Shown here in pieces: positions 27,840-37,904 of a DNA stretch of 58,642 bases (its first letter is position 1; each line of letters opens with the position of its first letter). The translations under genes were made by a program, and so were the position numbers. The stretch is from a bacterium (lineage in GTDB: Bacteria > Patescibacteriota > Minisyncoccia > Phycocordibacterales > Phycocordibacteraceae): the NCBI GenBank assembly GCA_021833245.1, contig JAKBGA010000002.1:1-58642 (forward strand). The letters are read 5' to 3'. Below the pieces are notes generated by a model that was not told the origin of the DNA, searched no databases, and saw only the letters and a list, made by a program, of their open reading frames with translations.

Positions 27840-28939
27840 AGATTCTCTACATCGCTAATATTCGTCTCCCAACCGAGAAAGCGCACGGCCTTCAGATCAT
27901 GAAGACGTGCGAAGCATTTGCTGAAGCGGGGCATAATCTGGAACTCGTGATTCCGACACGGCGCAACATACTCCGCGAAGACCCATTTTCTTACTATCAG
28001 GTGCATTCGATGTTTCGCATTACGTCCCTTCAGGTGCCAGACTTTGTCTCTTTCGGGAAGATTGGATTTATCGTGTCGCTACTCATATTCTCTGAACGGG
28101 TCCGTCTCCTGAAGAGTTTTCGGTCTGCCGATATCATCTACTCGCGTGATGCTTTGGTGCTCTTGCAGTATATCTTGCTCGGCCGGAGATTTATATTCGA
28201 AGCGCACGGGAAGCCAACGCTCGTCGCACGTCTCGTCGCACGTCATGCCTACCGGGTCGTGGTTATCTCGAAAGCGCTCGGGGCGACGTATCAGGAAATT
28301 GGCGTTCCGCACGAAAAAATCATCATCGCGCCGGACGCAGTAGATGCCCATATGTTTGATGATGCTCCTCTGCGCGATGGAGCACGTGCCTCGCTTGGTT
28401 TCATGTCTGATGCGAAGACTGTCGTTTATACCGGGCATCTCTATGTCCGTAAGGGTGTAGAGACGCTTGCACAAGCTGCCGCACTCACCCCCGAGGCGCA
28501 ATTCTTTTTCGTAGGCGGAACGGCTGGCGACATTGCACAGTTTCGTGCACAGTGGGGGAGTCAACCGAACATTCATATCATTGGCCATGTTCCGCCGACT
28601 CAAGTGCCGCAGTATCTGCGCGCCGCAGATATTCTTGTAATACCGAACTCAGGGAAAGACGAGGACGCCCGGGAATTTACTTCTCCTATGAAGCTTTTTG
28701 AATACATGGCAAGCGGTACATCTATTGTTGCTTCATCCGTGCCAGCGACACGAGAGATACTTGCTGATGATTGTGCATATTTTTTTACTCCCGATGACCC
28801 GCATGCGCTTGCCGAGAGCATAAAAATAGCGTTGGCGCATACGAAAGAATCTGGAGAGAAGGCCCATCGGGCGGTCGCGAAAAGTAAGGAGTATACTTGG
28901 ACGAAGCGTATCGAGCGCATTCTTGTTGCTATCCAATAA
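27836..28939 (+). CDS. Glycosyltransferase family 4
   Basis: Start MKILYIANIRLPTEKAHGLQ (ATGA overlap with the deacetylase stop). C-terminal TSPMKLFEYMASGTSIVASSVP. Confidence 0.85.
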   Translation: MKILYIANIRLPTEKAHGLQIMKTCEAFAEAGHNLELVIPTRRNILREDPFSYYQVHSMFRITSLQVPDFVSFGKIGFIVSLLIFSERVRLLKSFRSADIIYSRDALVLLQYILLGRRFIFEAHGKPTLVARLVARHAYRVVVISKALGATYQEIGVPHEKIIIAPDAVDAHMFDDAPLRDGARASLGFMSDAKTVVYTGHLYVRKGVETLAQAAALTPEAQFFFVGGTAGDIAQFRAQWGSQPNIHIIGHVPPTQVPQYLRAADILVIPNSGKDEDAREFTSPMKLFEYMASGTSIVASSVPATREILADDCAYFFTPDDPHALAESIKIALAHTKESGEKAHRAVAKSKEYTWTKRIERILVAIQ

Positions 28940-28942
28940 CTT

Positions 28943-29575
28943 ATGGCACTCACTACACGTCCTTGGGAGAGGTTCTTCAATGAGCGCGTTGAGCGCATGA
29001 TTGATGAGTCATCACGTATTCTTGATATAGGTGCCGGACTCCGATTATCGAAAGAATATGGTAATCGCGTCGACCCGACCCATAGGTGGATCGTGGAGCG
29101 TATGGAAAAAAAGGGAGTCAAGTATGTCGTGCTCGACTATGTCGATACCTATCATCCGCACATCGTAGGCGATATCCAGAATCTGCCGTTCCCGAACGAT
29201 TCGGAAGAAAGCATCGTTTGTCTTGCGATACTCGAACATGTCGAAAATCCGTTCAAATCATTTGCCGAGTTACATCGTGTGCTTGCGCCGGGTGGCCGCT
29301 GCCTCCTCTACGTGCCATTTCTTTACTACTATCACGCCGAGCGCGGCTACTACCACGACTACTGGCGCTTCACGCACGACTCACTCGAAACGCTCGCGAA
29401 ACCGTTTCATACCGTCGAAATACAGAACGTTCGGGGACCGCTCGAGACTCTTGTGCGCCTTTCGCCGCTCGGTCGGGGCAGGTTCTTTCAGGATGCGGCG
29501 TTTCTATTTGACCGTGCGTTCGGCAAGCTCGACTCGCATCAGACGAGCGGCTATTATGTATTCCTGCGTAAATAA
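28943..29575 (+). CDS. Class I SAM-dependent methyltransferase
   Basis: Motif I ILDIGAG and post-I/II pattern VVLDYVD...LAILEHVENP. Confidence 0.8.
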   Translation: MALTTRPWERFFNERVERMIDESSRILDIGAGLRLSKEYGNRVDPTHRWIVERMEKKGVKYVVLDYVDTYHPHIVGDIQNLPFPNDSEESIVCLAILEHVENPFKSFAELHRVLAPGGRCLLYVPFLYYYHAERGYYHDYWRFTHDSLETLAKPFHTVEIQNVRGPLETLVRLSPLGRGRFFQDAAFLFDRAFGKLDSHQTSGYYVFLRK

Positions 29576-29584
29576 CACTTCCTC

Positions 29585-30541
29585 ATGAAGGAATCTTCTA
29601 TCGAACTGTCTGTTATCTTCCCGGTTCATAACGAATCTGAGAACGTGCGGCCGCTTGTGGAACGTATCTTGCACGTTTTAAACCAGATGAACAGGGCATA
29701 TGAAATCATTGCGATAGACGATGGTTCGACGGATGACTCATATGCGCAGCTTGTCGGTATGGCCTCAGTCACTCCCGTTCTTTCGATCGTGCGGTTCACG
29801 CACAATTTTGGTCAGACTGCCGCGCTCTCCGCAGGTATCGAGCGTGCGCGAGGAGAGATCATTATCACCATCGACAGTGATCTTGAAAATGATCCGGCCG
29901 ACATCCCGCGTCTCATTGCGAAGATTGAAGAAGGTTACGATGTCGTTTCGGGCTGGCGCAAAGATCGGTGGCAAGACGCTCTGGTTACGCGTAAGTTCCC
30001 CTCCATGACTGCAAACTGGGTTATCTCAAAACTATCGGGTGTGCACCTGCACGACTATGGTTGCACACTCAAAGCATACCGAGCGCGCGTCATCAAAGGG
30101 ATACGCCTGTATGGCGAAATGCATCGCTTTATTCCGGCATATGCGGCATGGCAGGGCGGTAAGATAACTGAGCTCACGGTCAATCATACTCCGCGTGTGC
30201 ATGGCGTCAGTAAGTACGGTTTCGGTCGCGTACCACGCGTCATGCTTGATCTTGTCGTATTTGTGTTTCTTCACCGCTATATGACCCGGCCGATGCATTT
30301 TTTCGGCTTCTGGGGTCTTTGGAGTCTTTTTGTAGGAGTGCTTGCGGGAGTCACTGCGATCTTGCTTCGGATTTTAAATATTCGGCATCTCGTCGATACA
30401 CCGCTCCCGACCTTCTCAGCGCTCTTTATCATCGTGGGTGTCCAATTTGTCCTTTTTGGTGTCATAGCTGAGATGCTCATGCGTACGTATTATGAATCGC
30501 AAGGGAAGCGGCCGTACGAGATAGATGAAGTGTCACATTAA
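29585..30541 (+). CDS. GT2 polyprenol-phosphate glycosyltransferase (GtrB/ArnC/DPM1-like)
   Basis: LSVIFPVHNESENV, IIAIDDGSTDDS and DSDLENDP (DxD), plus two C-terminal TM helices. Confidence 0.88.
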   Translation: MKESSIELSVIFPVHNESENVRPLVERILHVLNQMNRAYEIIAIDDGSTDDSYAQLVGMASVTPVLSIVRFTHNFGQTAALSAGIERARGEIIITIDSDLENDPADIPRLIAKIEEGYDVVSGWRKDRWQDALVTRKFPSMTANWVISKLSGVHLHDYGCTLKAYRARVIKGIRLYGEMHRFIPAYAAWQGGKITELTVNHTPRVHGVSKYGFGRVPRVMLDLVVFVFLHRYMTRPMHFFGFWGLWSLFVGVLAGVTAILLRILNIRHLVDTPLPTFSALFIIVGVQFVLFGVIAEMLMRTYYESQGKRPYEIDEVSH

Positions 30542-30546
30542 GTGAT

Positions 30547-32406
30547 ATGTGCGGTCTCGCTGGAGTCGTTGGGTTGAAAGAAGAGCGCCGGCTTCACGAC
30601 ATGGTTGCCGCTATAAAGCATCGCGGTCCAGATTATACGGGCATATATACGCGTGATGGAGTCGGGTTTGGACACGCGCGTCTATCGATCATAGATACAA
30701 CAGCAAATGCGAACCAACCAATGCTCTCTGCAGACGAGCGGTTTGCGCTCATCTTTAATGGGGAGATATTCAATTTCAAGGAATTGCGTCAGAAGCTTGA
30801 ATGGGGAGGATATCGATTCCGCACGACCTCTGACACCGAAGTCGTCCTCGCGCTCGTGGAGCGCGAGGGAACACGATCTTTCTCGATGATGCACGGCATG
30901 TTCGCGATCGCGTTCTACGATTTCAAGACCGGGTCCTTGGTCCTTGCGCGTGACCGGATGGGGGAGAAGCCGCTCTATTGGTCGCACCAGGGCGGATCTT
31001 TCATTTTTGCTTCAGAGCTTGGCGGAATGATCGCATCGGGTCTTGTCAGTAAGGAAATCGACCGGCATGCGCTCAATCAGTATCTCCAATTCGACTATGT
31101 GCCGACGCCGCAGAGCATGCTTCGCGACGTGTACAAGCTTGAGCCAGCGACCATACTTACTTTCAAAGGAGGAGTCATTTCGAAAGAAAGATTCTGGGTA
31201 CCGCCTGTAAAGCTCTCCTCTTTTGATGAGGAGCAGGCAACCGCTCGCCTTGATGAGGTGTTGAAGGAAGTCGTATCGCGTGAACTGGTTTCCGACGTCC
31301 CACTCGGCGTTTTTCTCTCTGGGGGTATCGACAGTAGCACGATCGCCTATTACGCCCAGGCGACAAGTGTACGTCCAATCGAGACATTTTCGATCGGCTT
31401 TGATGATCCGTCTTTCGACGAGTCCGCGTTCGCGCGCGAGGTTGCGGCACATCTCGGCACGCATCATCATGAACAAATTATTCATGCCAAGGACGCGCTT
31501 GATTTAGTGCCAAAGCTTGAAGAGGTGCTCTCTGAGCCGATCGCAGACGCCTCCATTATCCCAACCCTTTTTCTCTCACGTTTTGCGCGTGAGTCGGTAA
31601 CAGTCGCGCTTGGTGGCGACGGCGGAGATGAGCTTTTCGCTGGGTATCCGACTTTTCAGGCAGAGCAGTTCTACAGGAGTCTTCCTACACCGCTCCGCCG
31701 GGTGCTTCGCAGAGCGGTGGATCGACTTTCCGCGTCGCACGAAAATTTCTCATTCTCATACAACCTGAAGAAATTCTTATCAAGCGATACGGACGATATG
31801 GTTAGCCGCCATCTCGAGTGGCTCGGTTCGTTTGATATTCGCGCCCGCACTGCGGTCGAAAGTATTCCTCTTCAGGAAGCAGTCCGGCAGGACAATGTTT
31901 TTGCAAACGTCGAGGAGTCACTTAAAGACTTTACGCAGGACGATTTGCAGAACCGGCTCCTCTTTGCGTATGCCCGCAGTTATCTTATGGATCAAGTGCT
32001 TGTAAAAGTCGATCGCGCGAGCATGCATTACGCACTTGAGACTCGCGCGCCGTTTCTCGAGTATTCGGTCGTCAATCTCGCATTCTCGCTTCCCTATGAG
32101 CTCAAATATCACCTAGGTACTACTAAGTATCTCCTCAAGCGTCTCATGGAAGGGAAGCTGCCGGCGCATATTATATATCGAAAGAAGAAGGGGTTCGGTA
32201 TTCCGCTCGCGAGTTGGCTCGCCGGTCCTTTGCGTGAATTTTCAGAAGACCTACTTTCGCCTTCAGCCCTTGCCGAGCATGGGCTTTTCGATACGAAGGA
32301 AACCAGGCGACTTATCGACGAGCATGCAAGTGGGCGTCGGGATAACCGCAAGGAGCTCTGGAATCTCATGATGTTTCAGTTATGGTATCGGCGTTGGATG
32401 CGCTAG
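30547..32406 (+). CDS. Asparagine synthase-type glutamine amidotransferase (AsnB/WbpS-like)
   Basis: N-terminal nucleophile MCGLAGVVG, SGGIDSS pyrophosphatase loop, 619 aa. Confidence 0.88.
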   Translation: MCGLAGVVGLKEERRLHDMVAAIKHRGPDYTGIYTRDGVGFGHARLSIIDTTANANQPMLSADERFALIFNGEIFNFKELRQKLEWGGYRFRTTSDTEVVLALVEREGTRSFSMMHGMFAIAFYDFKTGSLVLARDRMGEKPLYWSHQGGSFIFASELGGMIASGLVSKEIDRHALNQYLQFDYVPTPQSMLRDVYKLEPATILTFKGGVISKERFWVPPVKLSSFDEEQATARLDEVLKEVVSRELVSDVPLGVFLSGGIDSSTIAYYAQATSVRPIETFSIGFDDPSFDESAFAREVAAHLGTHHHEQIIHAKDALDLVPKLEEVLSEPIADASIIPTLFLSRFARESVTVALGGDGGDELFAGYPTFQAEQFYRSLPTPLRRVLRRAVDRLSASHENFSFSYNLKKFLSSDTDDMVSRHLEWLGSFDIRARTAVESIPLQEAVRQDNVFANVEESLKDFTQDDLQNRLLFAYARSYLMDQVLVKVDRASMHYALETRAPFLEYSVVNLAFSLPYELKYHLGTTKYLLKRLMEGKLPAHIIYRKKKGFGIPLASWLAGPLREFSEDLLSPSALAEHGLFDTKETRRLIDEHASGRRDNRKELWNLMMFQLWYRRWMR

Positions 32407-32421
32407 ACTGACGGATAATAT

Positions 32422-33150
32422 ATGCAGGATGTAATGTACGACATCATGTATCAGACCGAGCGTAACCACTGGTGGTATCGCGTGCGACGTGAGCTCATTG
32501 CTGAACTCCTAGCGCCGATACGGCAGAAAAAAGGGAAACCACTGCAGGTTCTGGATATCGGATGCGGTACGGGACTTCTCATGCAAGAACTACGGCAATT
32601 TGGAGAAGTGCACGGTGTCGATGTGTCGGAACGAGCTGTCGCCTATTGCAAGGAGCGCGGACTCTCTCCCTCTATTGGTTCAGCCGAACTATTGCCATTT
32701 CCAGGAGCATCGTTTGATGTAATCATCATGCTCGATGTGCTCGAGCATCTCAAGAATGATGACACTGGCGCGCATGAAGTTCATCGCGTCCTCAGGAAAG
32801 ACGGGATTGCCATCATTACTGTGCCGGCCTTCCGGTTCCTGTGGGGAGTGACCGACAGAATCAGTAACCATTATCGCCGCTATACGCGGGCTGAACTTGT
32901 GCGAGTGCTCGAGGCATCAGGCCTCAAGGTCGAACGGGCGACCTACTTCAACACGCTCCTCTTTCCGGCGATTGCCGCATTCCGCCTCCCGGTGCGTTTT
33001 TTCCGTATCCCAGTCAAGTCTGAAAATACGATTGGTGGAGTGTGGATAAATGAGGTACTATATCGGATATTCGCTCTTGAACTGAAGGCCTTGCGACGTT
33101 TCAATTTTCCGTTCGGAGTCTCTGCATTAGCCGTCACCTCTAAGAATTGA
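32422..33150 (+). CDS. Class I SAM-dependent methyltransferase
   Basis: VLDIGCGTGLLMQEL and DVIIMLDVLEHL. Confidence 0.85.
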   Translation: MQDVMYDIMYQTERNHWWYRVRRELIAELLAPIRQKKGKPLQVLDIGCGTGLLMQELRQFGEVHGVDVSERAVAYCKERGLSPSIGSAELLPFPGASFDVIIMLDVLEHLKNDDTGAHEVHRVLRKDGIAIITVPAFRFLWGVTDRISNHYRRYTRAELVRVLEASGLKVERATYFNTLLFPAIAAFRLPVRFFRIPVKSENTIGGVWINEVLYRIFALELKALRRFNFPFGVSALAVTSKN

Positions 33151-33920
33151 TCATGTCATCAGAACAGCGTTTCGGATACGAGTGGAATCGCTATTCATGG
33201 ATGGCGTTCAATTATGAACGCCAGTTTCGTAATTGGACGCACCCGTTTACGCCCGTCGATTGGGAAGGGAAGAAGGTACTTGATGCAGGATGTGGCATGG
33301 GTCGCAACAGTTACTGGCCGATGCATTACGGTGCCGCATCCATAACCGCATTTGATCATGATGAGCGTTCAGTGACCCGCACCAAAGAGACACTTAAAGA
33401 CTTTCCGTCAGCAGAGGTTCTGTATAAGAGTGTTTATGATATTGACTGGAAGGACCTATATGACATCACTTTCTCTGTCGGAGTCATACATCATCTCAAG
33501 GATCCAAAAAAGGCAGTTGAGCGCATCGTCGATGCTCTCAAGCCGGGCGGAACGTTGCTTATCTGGGTTTACAGTTACGAGGGGAACGAATGGATCGTGC
33601 GTTTTGTAAACCCAGTGCGGATTCATATCACCTCTAAGTTGCCGCTTGCGGCCGTGCATGTGTTGTCATATCTCTTCTCTGTCCCGCTCTATCTGTTCGT
33701 AAAGTTATTCAAAGGGCCGAGTCCTTATTTCGAACAGTTGTCTCACTTCGACCTCTGGCATATAAACAGTATCGTGTTCGATCAGCTCATACCGGACATA
33801 GCAAATTATTGGAAGAAAGACGAAGTCCGAGCTCTCATTCGGGGTCTCTCAGTAACAGGAGTCGAAGTATATCCGACTCCGGAAGGTACCGGATGGATAC
33901 TGTGCGCTACGAAACAATGA
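33147..33920 (+). CDS. Class I SAM-dependent methyltransferase
   Basis: VLDAGCGMGRNS, VGVIHHLKDP and LKPGGTLLIWVY. Confidence 0.85.
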   Translation: MIMSSEQRFGYEWNRYSWMAFNYERQFRNWTHPFTPVDWEGKKVLDAGCGMGRNSYWPMHYGAASITAFDHDERSVTRTKETLKDFPSAEVLYKSVYDIDWKDLYDITFSVGVIHHLKDPKKAVERIVDALKPGGTLLIWVYSYEGNEWIVRFVNPVRIHITSKLPLAAVHVLSYLFSVPLYLFVKLFKGPSPYFEQLSHFDLWHINSIVFDQLIPDIANYWKKDEVRALIRGLSVTGVEVYPTPEGTGWILCATKQ

Positions 33921-34288
33921 AAGAATTCCCGCGCTTCATTCTGGTTGGTGGTGCCGGTATGCTCGTCAACATGGGTGTTACGTATTTCGGTGTGCAGTAT
34001 CTCGGATTGTGGTACCTGTGGTCGTTTTGTCTCGCTACGCTTATCGGCTGGACTGTTATTTTCATCGGGAACGTTCTCTTCACCTTCCCGGGGCACGAAC
34101 GGCATTCGTATGGTCGGAAATATGTAGCTTTTATCACGGGATACTTCGGAGTTTTTTGGGTAAACGTAGCATTTGTCTATTTATTCACTTCCATCCTTTC
34201 AATCCATTATTTGATCTCAATTGTAATTAGTACTGTGATTACGACACTGCTTACGTTTACGTTCAGTAAGCATGTCGTCTTTCGTTAG
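33917..34288 (+). CDS. GtrA-family membrane protein
   Basis: From ATG 33917 (ATGA overlap): FPRFILVGGAGMLVNMGVTYF, four TM helices, ~123 aa. Confidence 0.8.
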   Translation: MKEFPRFILVGGAGMLVNMGVTYFGVQYLGLWYLWSFCLATLIGWTVIFIGNVLFTFPGHERHSYGRKYVAFITGYFGVFWVNVAFVYLFTSILSIHYLISIVISTVITTLLTFTFSKHVVFR

Positions 34289-36025
34289 ATGTGTATGGAA
34301 ATACTAAAGCGCCACTGGATTGCATTCATCTTCGCTCTGGGGATCGGCGTGGTGACGGTATCACCTTTCGTGTATTTTCAGACGACCGCAGGATATCAAG
34401 GAATTTCAATGATGGGGACGGACGCCGAGGATCACTATCTCGCGCGGATGCAGGAGGTATATGATGGCTACCCCTCTCAGGGAAATGTCTTCTTACCGGA
34501 TAAGACTGTATTGCCGATAGAGCCAGGACTCGGTGAGTGGCTTGAAGCTCAATTTGGGAAGGTGTTGCATCTTTCGGTAAGTCAGGTTGAAACCGCTGGT
34601 AAGTTCATTCTGCCATTCACTATTGCGCTCCTTATATACGCACTCGCGTATACGCTATCGGCGTCACGCGCGGCAAGCGTGCTCGCGTCAATCGCCGTAA
34701 TGCTTGGTGATCCGTTTATAAGCAATCCGCGCCTGCTTATCGATCTATTACATAGCTCTGTGCCCCAAACAAGTTTCCTGATTTATGCACGTCCTGTATC
34801 TCCCGAGATAAGCGCAATATTCTTATTTGGGACACTGCTGATCCTCGCACGCTTGTTCTTTACTCAGATCACGGTCATGTCGCGTGGTCGACGCGTGGCG
34901 GCACTTGTTGCGGTAGCGGTACTCACGGGACTTTCGCTCTACGTTTCTTTCTACACTTTTGCATTCCTTGGCGCGCTTGAGCTCATCATGTTTCTGTTCG
35001 CGCTCTTTCGTCGAGAGTATCGTCATGCGCTTGAGCTCGGCTTGGCTGGGCTCGGCGGACTCATACTCGCCATCCCATTCGTCATAAATTATCTCTACAT
35101 CACAGCTGCTCCATCCTATGTATCAGCATCAGAGCGTTTCGGTTTCATCGCGACGCGCACGCCGGTTTTCGGTGTGCTCGTTTTCATCCTCATCGTGGCA
35201 GCGCTACTCATCCCGAATCGATTACAGGCCGCTCGAACATTTTTTCTGTACGGTGCGGCAGCGCTCATACTCATTCTGAACCAACAACTGATCACGAATC
35301 ACGTCCTCCAGGCGGGGCATTTCCATTGGTACGTTACTCGGCCTTTTGTCTGTATCGCAGGAGCAATCTTGTTCAGCGCGCTCGTTGCTCGGTTTGTGCG
35401 GCATAAGATAATTTCGTTTGGGTTGTATGGGTTAGTCTGCGGCGTGCTTATATACGGCGCTGTCTTGGTGCAAATCGGGGCCTACCGGGTCGTGTATCCT
35501 GTGGCACACGCTGCACAGGCGTACGCATCACTCCTCGCAAGTCTCAACGCGACATCGAGCCCTCAGGTTGTCTGGGCTAACCGCGACCTCTCGAGTTATG
35601 TGTCGATCTATACGCACGATGACGCGCCGAATGACAATTACGCGGAATACTATCTCATTCCTGAACAGTACTTCATTACACGATTATTCCTTGAGTACCG
35701 GCTGCGCGGCGTGACCCCCATGAATGTGCGCGAAGTCATGACACACGACCGTGCAGATATTTCCGCACGGCTGTTTGGAGTGTATTGGAGAGACGCGGCA
35801 GGAAGCTACGCAGCTATCCCGGACGCATTGCTTGACAAGTATGTGCAAGGATATAAAGACACGTATGCTGAATCAATTCTTGCCCGCCTCGCGGCACTCG
35901 ACGTGACTACAGTTGTGTGGGATACGAAAGCTGATCCCGAATGGAACCTGAATGCGATATTGTCAGTAACTCCGAAAAGGGTCGGACGGTTTGAGATATT
36001 CCAGTTGATGAATCAGAAGCCATGA
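34289..36025 (+). CDS. Polytopic membrane protein, putative GT-C-type (ArnT/PMT/YfhO-like) glycosyltransferase
   Basis: At least 10 predicted TM helices plus a ~170-aa C-terminal soluble domain. The first loop carries an acidic motif GTDAEDHYLARMQE reminiscent of the DExRYAE loop of ArnT-type enzymes. Assignment is by topology and context only. Confidence 0.6.
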   Translation: MCMEILKRHWIAFIFALGIGVVTVSPFVYFQTTAGYQGISMMGTDAEDHYLARMQEVYDGYPSQGNVFLPDKTVLPIEPGLGEWLEAQFGKVLHLSVSQVETAGKFILPFTIALLIYALAYTLSASRAASVLASIAVMLGDPFISNPRLLIDLLHSSVPQTSFLIYARPVSPEISAIFLFGTLLILARLFFTQITVMSRGRRVAALVAVAVLTGLSLYVSFYTFAFLGALELIMFLFALFRREYRHALELGLAGLGGLILAIPFVINYLYITAAPSYVSASERFGFIATRTPVFGVLVFILIVAALLIPNRLQAARTFFLYGAAALILILNQQLITNHVLQAGHFHWYVTRPFVCIAGAILFSALVARFVRHKIISFGLYGLVCGVLIYGAVLVQIGAYRVVYPVAHAAQAYASLLASLNATSSPQVVWANRDLSSYVSIYTHDDAPNDNYAEYYLIPEQYFITRLFLEYRLRGVTPMNVREVMTHDRADISARLFGVYWRDAAGSYAAIPDALLDKYVQGYKDTYAESILARLAALDVTTVVWDTKADPEWNLNAILSVTPKRVGRFEIFQLMNQKP

Positions 36026-37155
36026 CCAGATTTTTGAATATCTTGCGGAACGCTGCTTTCATTGCCACGAGTTACGGCTATATGCTCATGCGTGGGAAGG
36101 CTCGACATACGCAAATTGAAGTACGCGCGGTGCTTGTGGTTCAGACCGCAAAGATGGGAGATATGGTGTGCACGACACCAGTCCTTCATGCACTCAAGGA
36201 GCGATTCTCGAAAGCACGCGTCGTGGTTTTGGGTGATGCGGTAGGGAAACAGGTGCTTGCGAATAGTTCTTACGTGGATGGATATATTATGGCAGGTGAC
36301 GGGTTTCTCAAGATTCTCGGTGCGATTCGGCGCGAAGACTTTGACGCGAGCATTATACTTGTTCCAGACGCGCGGGCAATCGCTCTTTCGTTTCTTGGCG
36401 GCGTGAAAAATGTCGTCGCGCCAGCAGTGGTCGGTGGCTATTGCCCATGGATGACGAAGACGTACCGATTACTGCTCCGATTGGTATTGAACGTTCCGCA
36501 CCGCATGGGGCACTACGCGCCATTGGAATACCTGCGGATGCTTAGATCGCTCGGTATTCATACAAGTGACACGACGAAGCATCTAAGTTACTCAGATGAG
36601 GCACGCAAAAATGCACTAGTGTTTCTGCGTGCGCATGGCCTCACCGCGAATAAATTTGCCCTCATCTCGCCTTCGGCAGGAAACAAGATAAAGAACTGGC
36701 CGGCAGACCGTTTTGCGCGCGTCGCCGAGCATCTCGTGAGTAAGGGGATGCCAGTCGTCGTGATAGGAGGGAAGCGCGATACAAAGGAGGTTGCGACAAT
36801 GATGCGAGCAGTAGGGAAGTCGAAAGGCATCATCGACGCGTCTGAGAGATTTTCTATCGATGAACTCAAGGCACTTATCGCGCGGGCGGGACTTTTCGTC
36901 GCCGTTGATACCGGCCCTATCTACATCGCCGAGGCATTCGGTGTTCCAACGATCTGTATTGTTGGTCCAATGGATGAGCGGGAACAGCCGCCGAGAAGCA
37001 CGATTCACAAAGTCGTGATTCCTATGCGCACGGCAGCCGCGATTCACATAATGAATGCTCGCGTTTATGATGAACAGGAAGCGCTGCGCCAAACGAGAGC
37101 AATTTCAGCAGAGATGATTTGTGAAGTGATAGATGAGTTGATAAAGCCTCAATAA
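36022..37155 (+). CDS. Glycosyltransferase family 9 (heptosyltransferase-like)
   Basis: LVVQTAKMGDMVCTTPVLHALKERF and VAVDTGPIYIAEAFGVPTICIVGP match the GT9 N- and C-terminal signatures. Confidence 0.82.
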   Translation: MTRFLNILRNAAFIATSYGYMLMRGKARHTQIEVRAVLVVQTAKMGDMVCTTPVLHALKERFSKARVVVLGDAVGKQVLANSSYVDGYIMAGDGFLKILGAIRREDFDASIILVPDARAIALSFLGGVKNVVAPAVVGGYCPWMTKTYRLLLRLVLNVPHRMGHYAPLEYLRMLRSLGIHTSDTTKHLSYSDEARKNALVFLRAHGLTANKFALISPSAGNKIKNWPADRFARVAEHLVSKGMPVVVIGGKRDTKEVATMMRAVGKSKGIIDASERFSIDELKALIARAGLFVAVDTGPIYIAEAFGVPTICIVGPMDEREQPPRSTIHKVVIPMRTAAAIHIMNARVYDEQEALRQTRAISAEMICEVIDELIKPQ

Positions 37156-37171
37156 TTTCCTCCGTTGATTT

Positions 37172-37903
37172 ATGAAGTTGCGTCAAACAAAGATACAGAA
37201 CCTATTCGGACGAATCAGTACATATAGTGACTGGTGGAAAGTTATCCCTCCCCTCAATAAATTCTATAATAAGGTATCTGAACATTCGGTAACGTTGCGC
37301 ACTGGAACTGTCATGCATATACGGAATATTTTCGGATACGATCTCCCAATTCTTTATGAGATTTTCACGAAAGATGAATATAATTTGAATAACCTCATAC
37401 TCCCTCATGGCGCAGTGGTGTTTGATGTTGGTGCGCATATCGGGTCTTTTTCTGTTGCGGTGCATGACAAATATACAGACGCAGTGCTTATCGCCTTTGA
37501 ACCCCACCCAGACAATTTCGCTTTTCTTCAAAAGAACGCCCCGTTTGCCCGATGTATCAATAAAGCAATCGCGGGTTCTGCAGGCACGGTTCATTTAGGA
37601 GATCATGAAGCGTCCCCCTCATATGCTCTCAGTGATTCTGGGATAGCTGTCGAAGCCGTGACACTCGGGTCACACATCGCTCAAGTACCGCACGTAGATC
37701 TATTGAAAGTAGACGTTGAGGGTGCGGAGCGAGAGATTTTTGAAAACCTTGAGCCAGATATGTTAGCGAAGGTCGATAGAATCGTAATGGAGATTCATTC
37801 GCCGCATAAAGGGGAGTGGTTCGTCCTCTTATTTGAGAAGGCTGGTTTTGAGGTAGCCATAAAAGATAACATCCTCTTTGCCACGCGAAAGGGTGTTCGA
37901 TGA
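37172..37903 (+). CDS. FkbM-family methyltransferase
   Basis: VVFDVGAHIGSFSVAV...FEPHPDNF...LKVDVEGAEREI. Confidence 0.85.
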   Translation: MKLRQTKIQNLFGRISTYSDWWKVIPPLNKFYNKVSEHSVTLRTGTVMHIRNIFGYDLPILYEIFTKDEYNLNNLILPHGAVVFDVGAHIGSFSVAVHDKYTDAVLIAFEPHPDNFAFLQKNAPFARCINKAIAGSAGTVHLGDHEASPSYALSDSGIAVEAVTLGSHIAQVPHVDLLKVDVEGAEREIFENLEPDMLAKVDRIVMEIHSPHKGEWFVLLFEKAGFEVAIKDNILFATRKGVR

Positions 37904-37904
37904 T

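Noticed and set aside
12953-29121. Many long antisense or alternative-frame ORFs inside well-supported genes. Examples: 12953-13477, 16545-17105, 23190-23690, 23657-24172, 26570-27049, 26691-27230, 28079-28603, 28600-29121.
   Set aside because: Each is fully embedded in a gene with clear family motifs (murD, VirD4-like, GT4s, methyltransferase). Their compositions are Arg/Ser/Cys-rich and non-protein-like.
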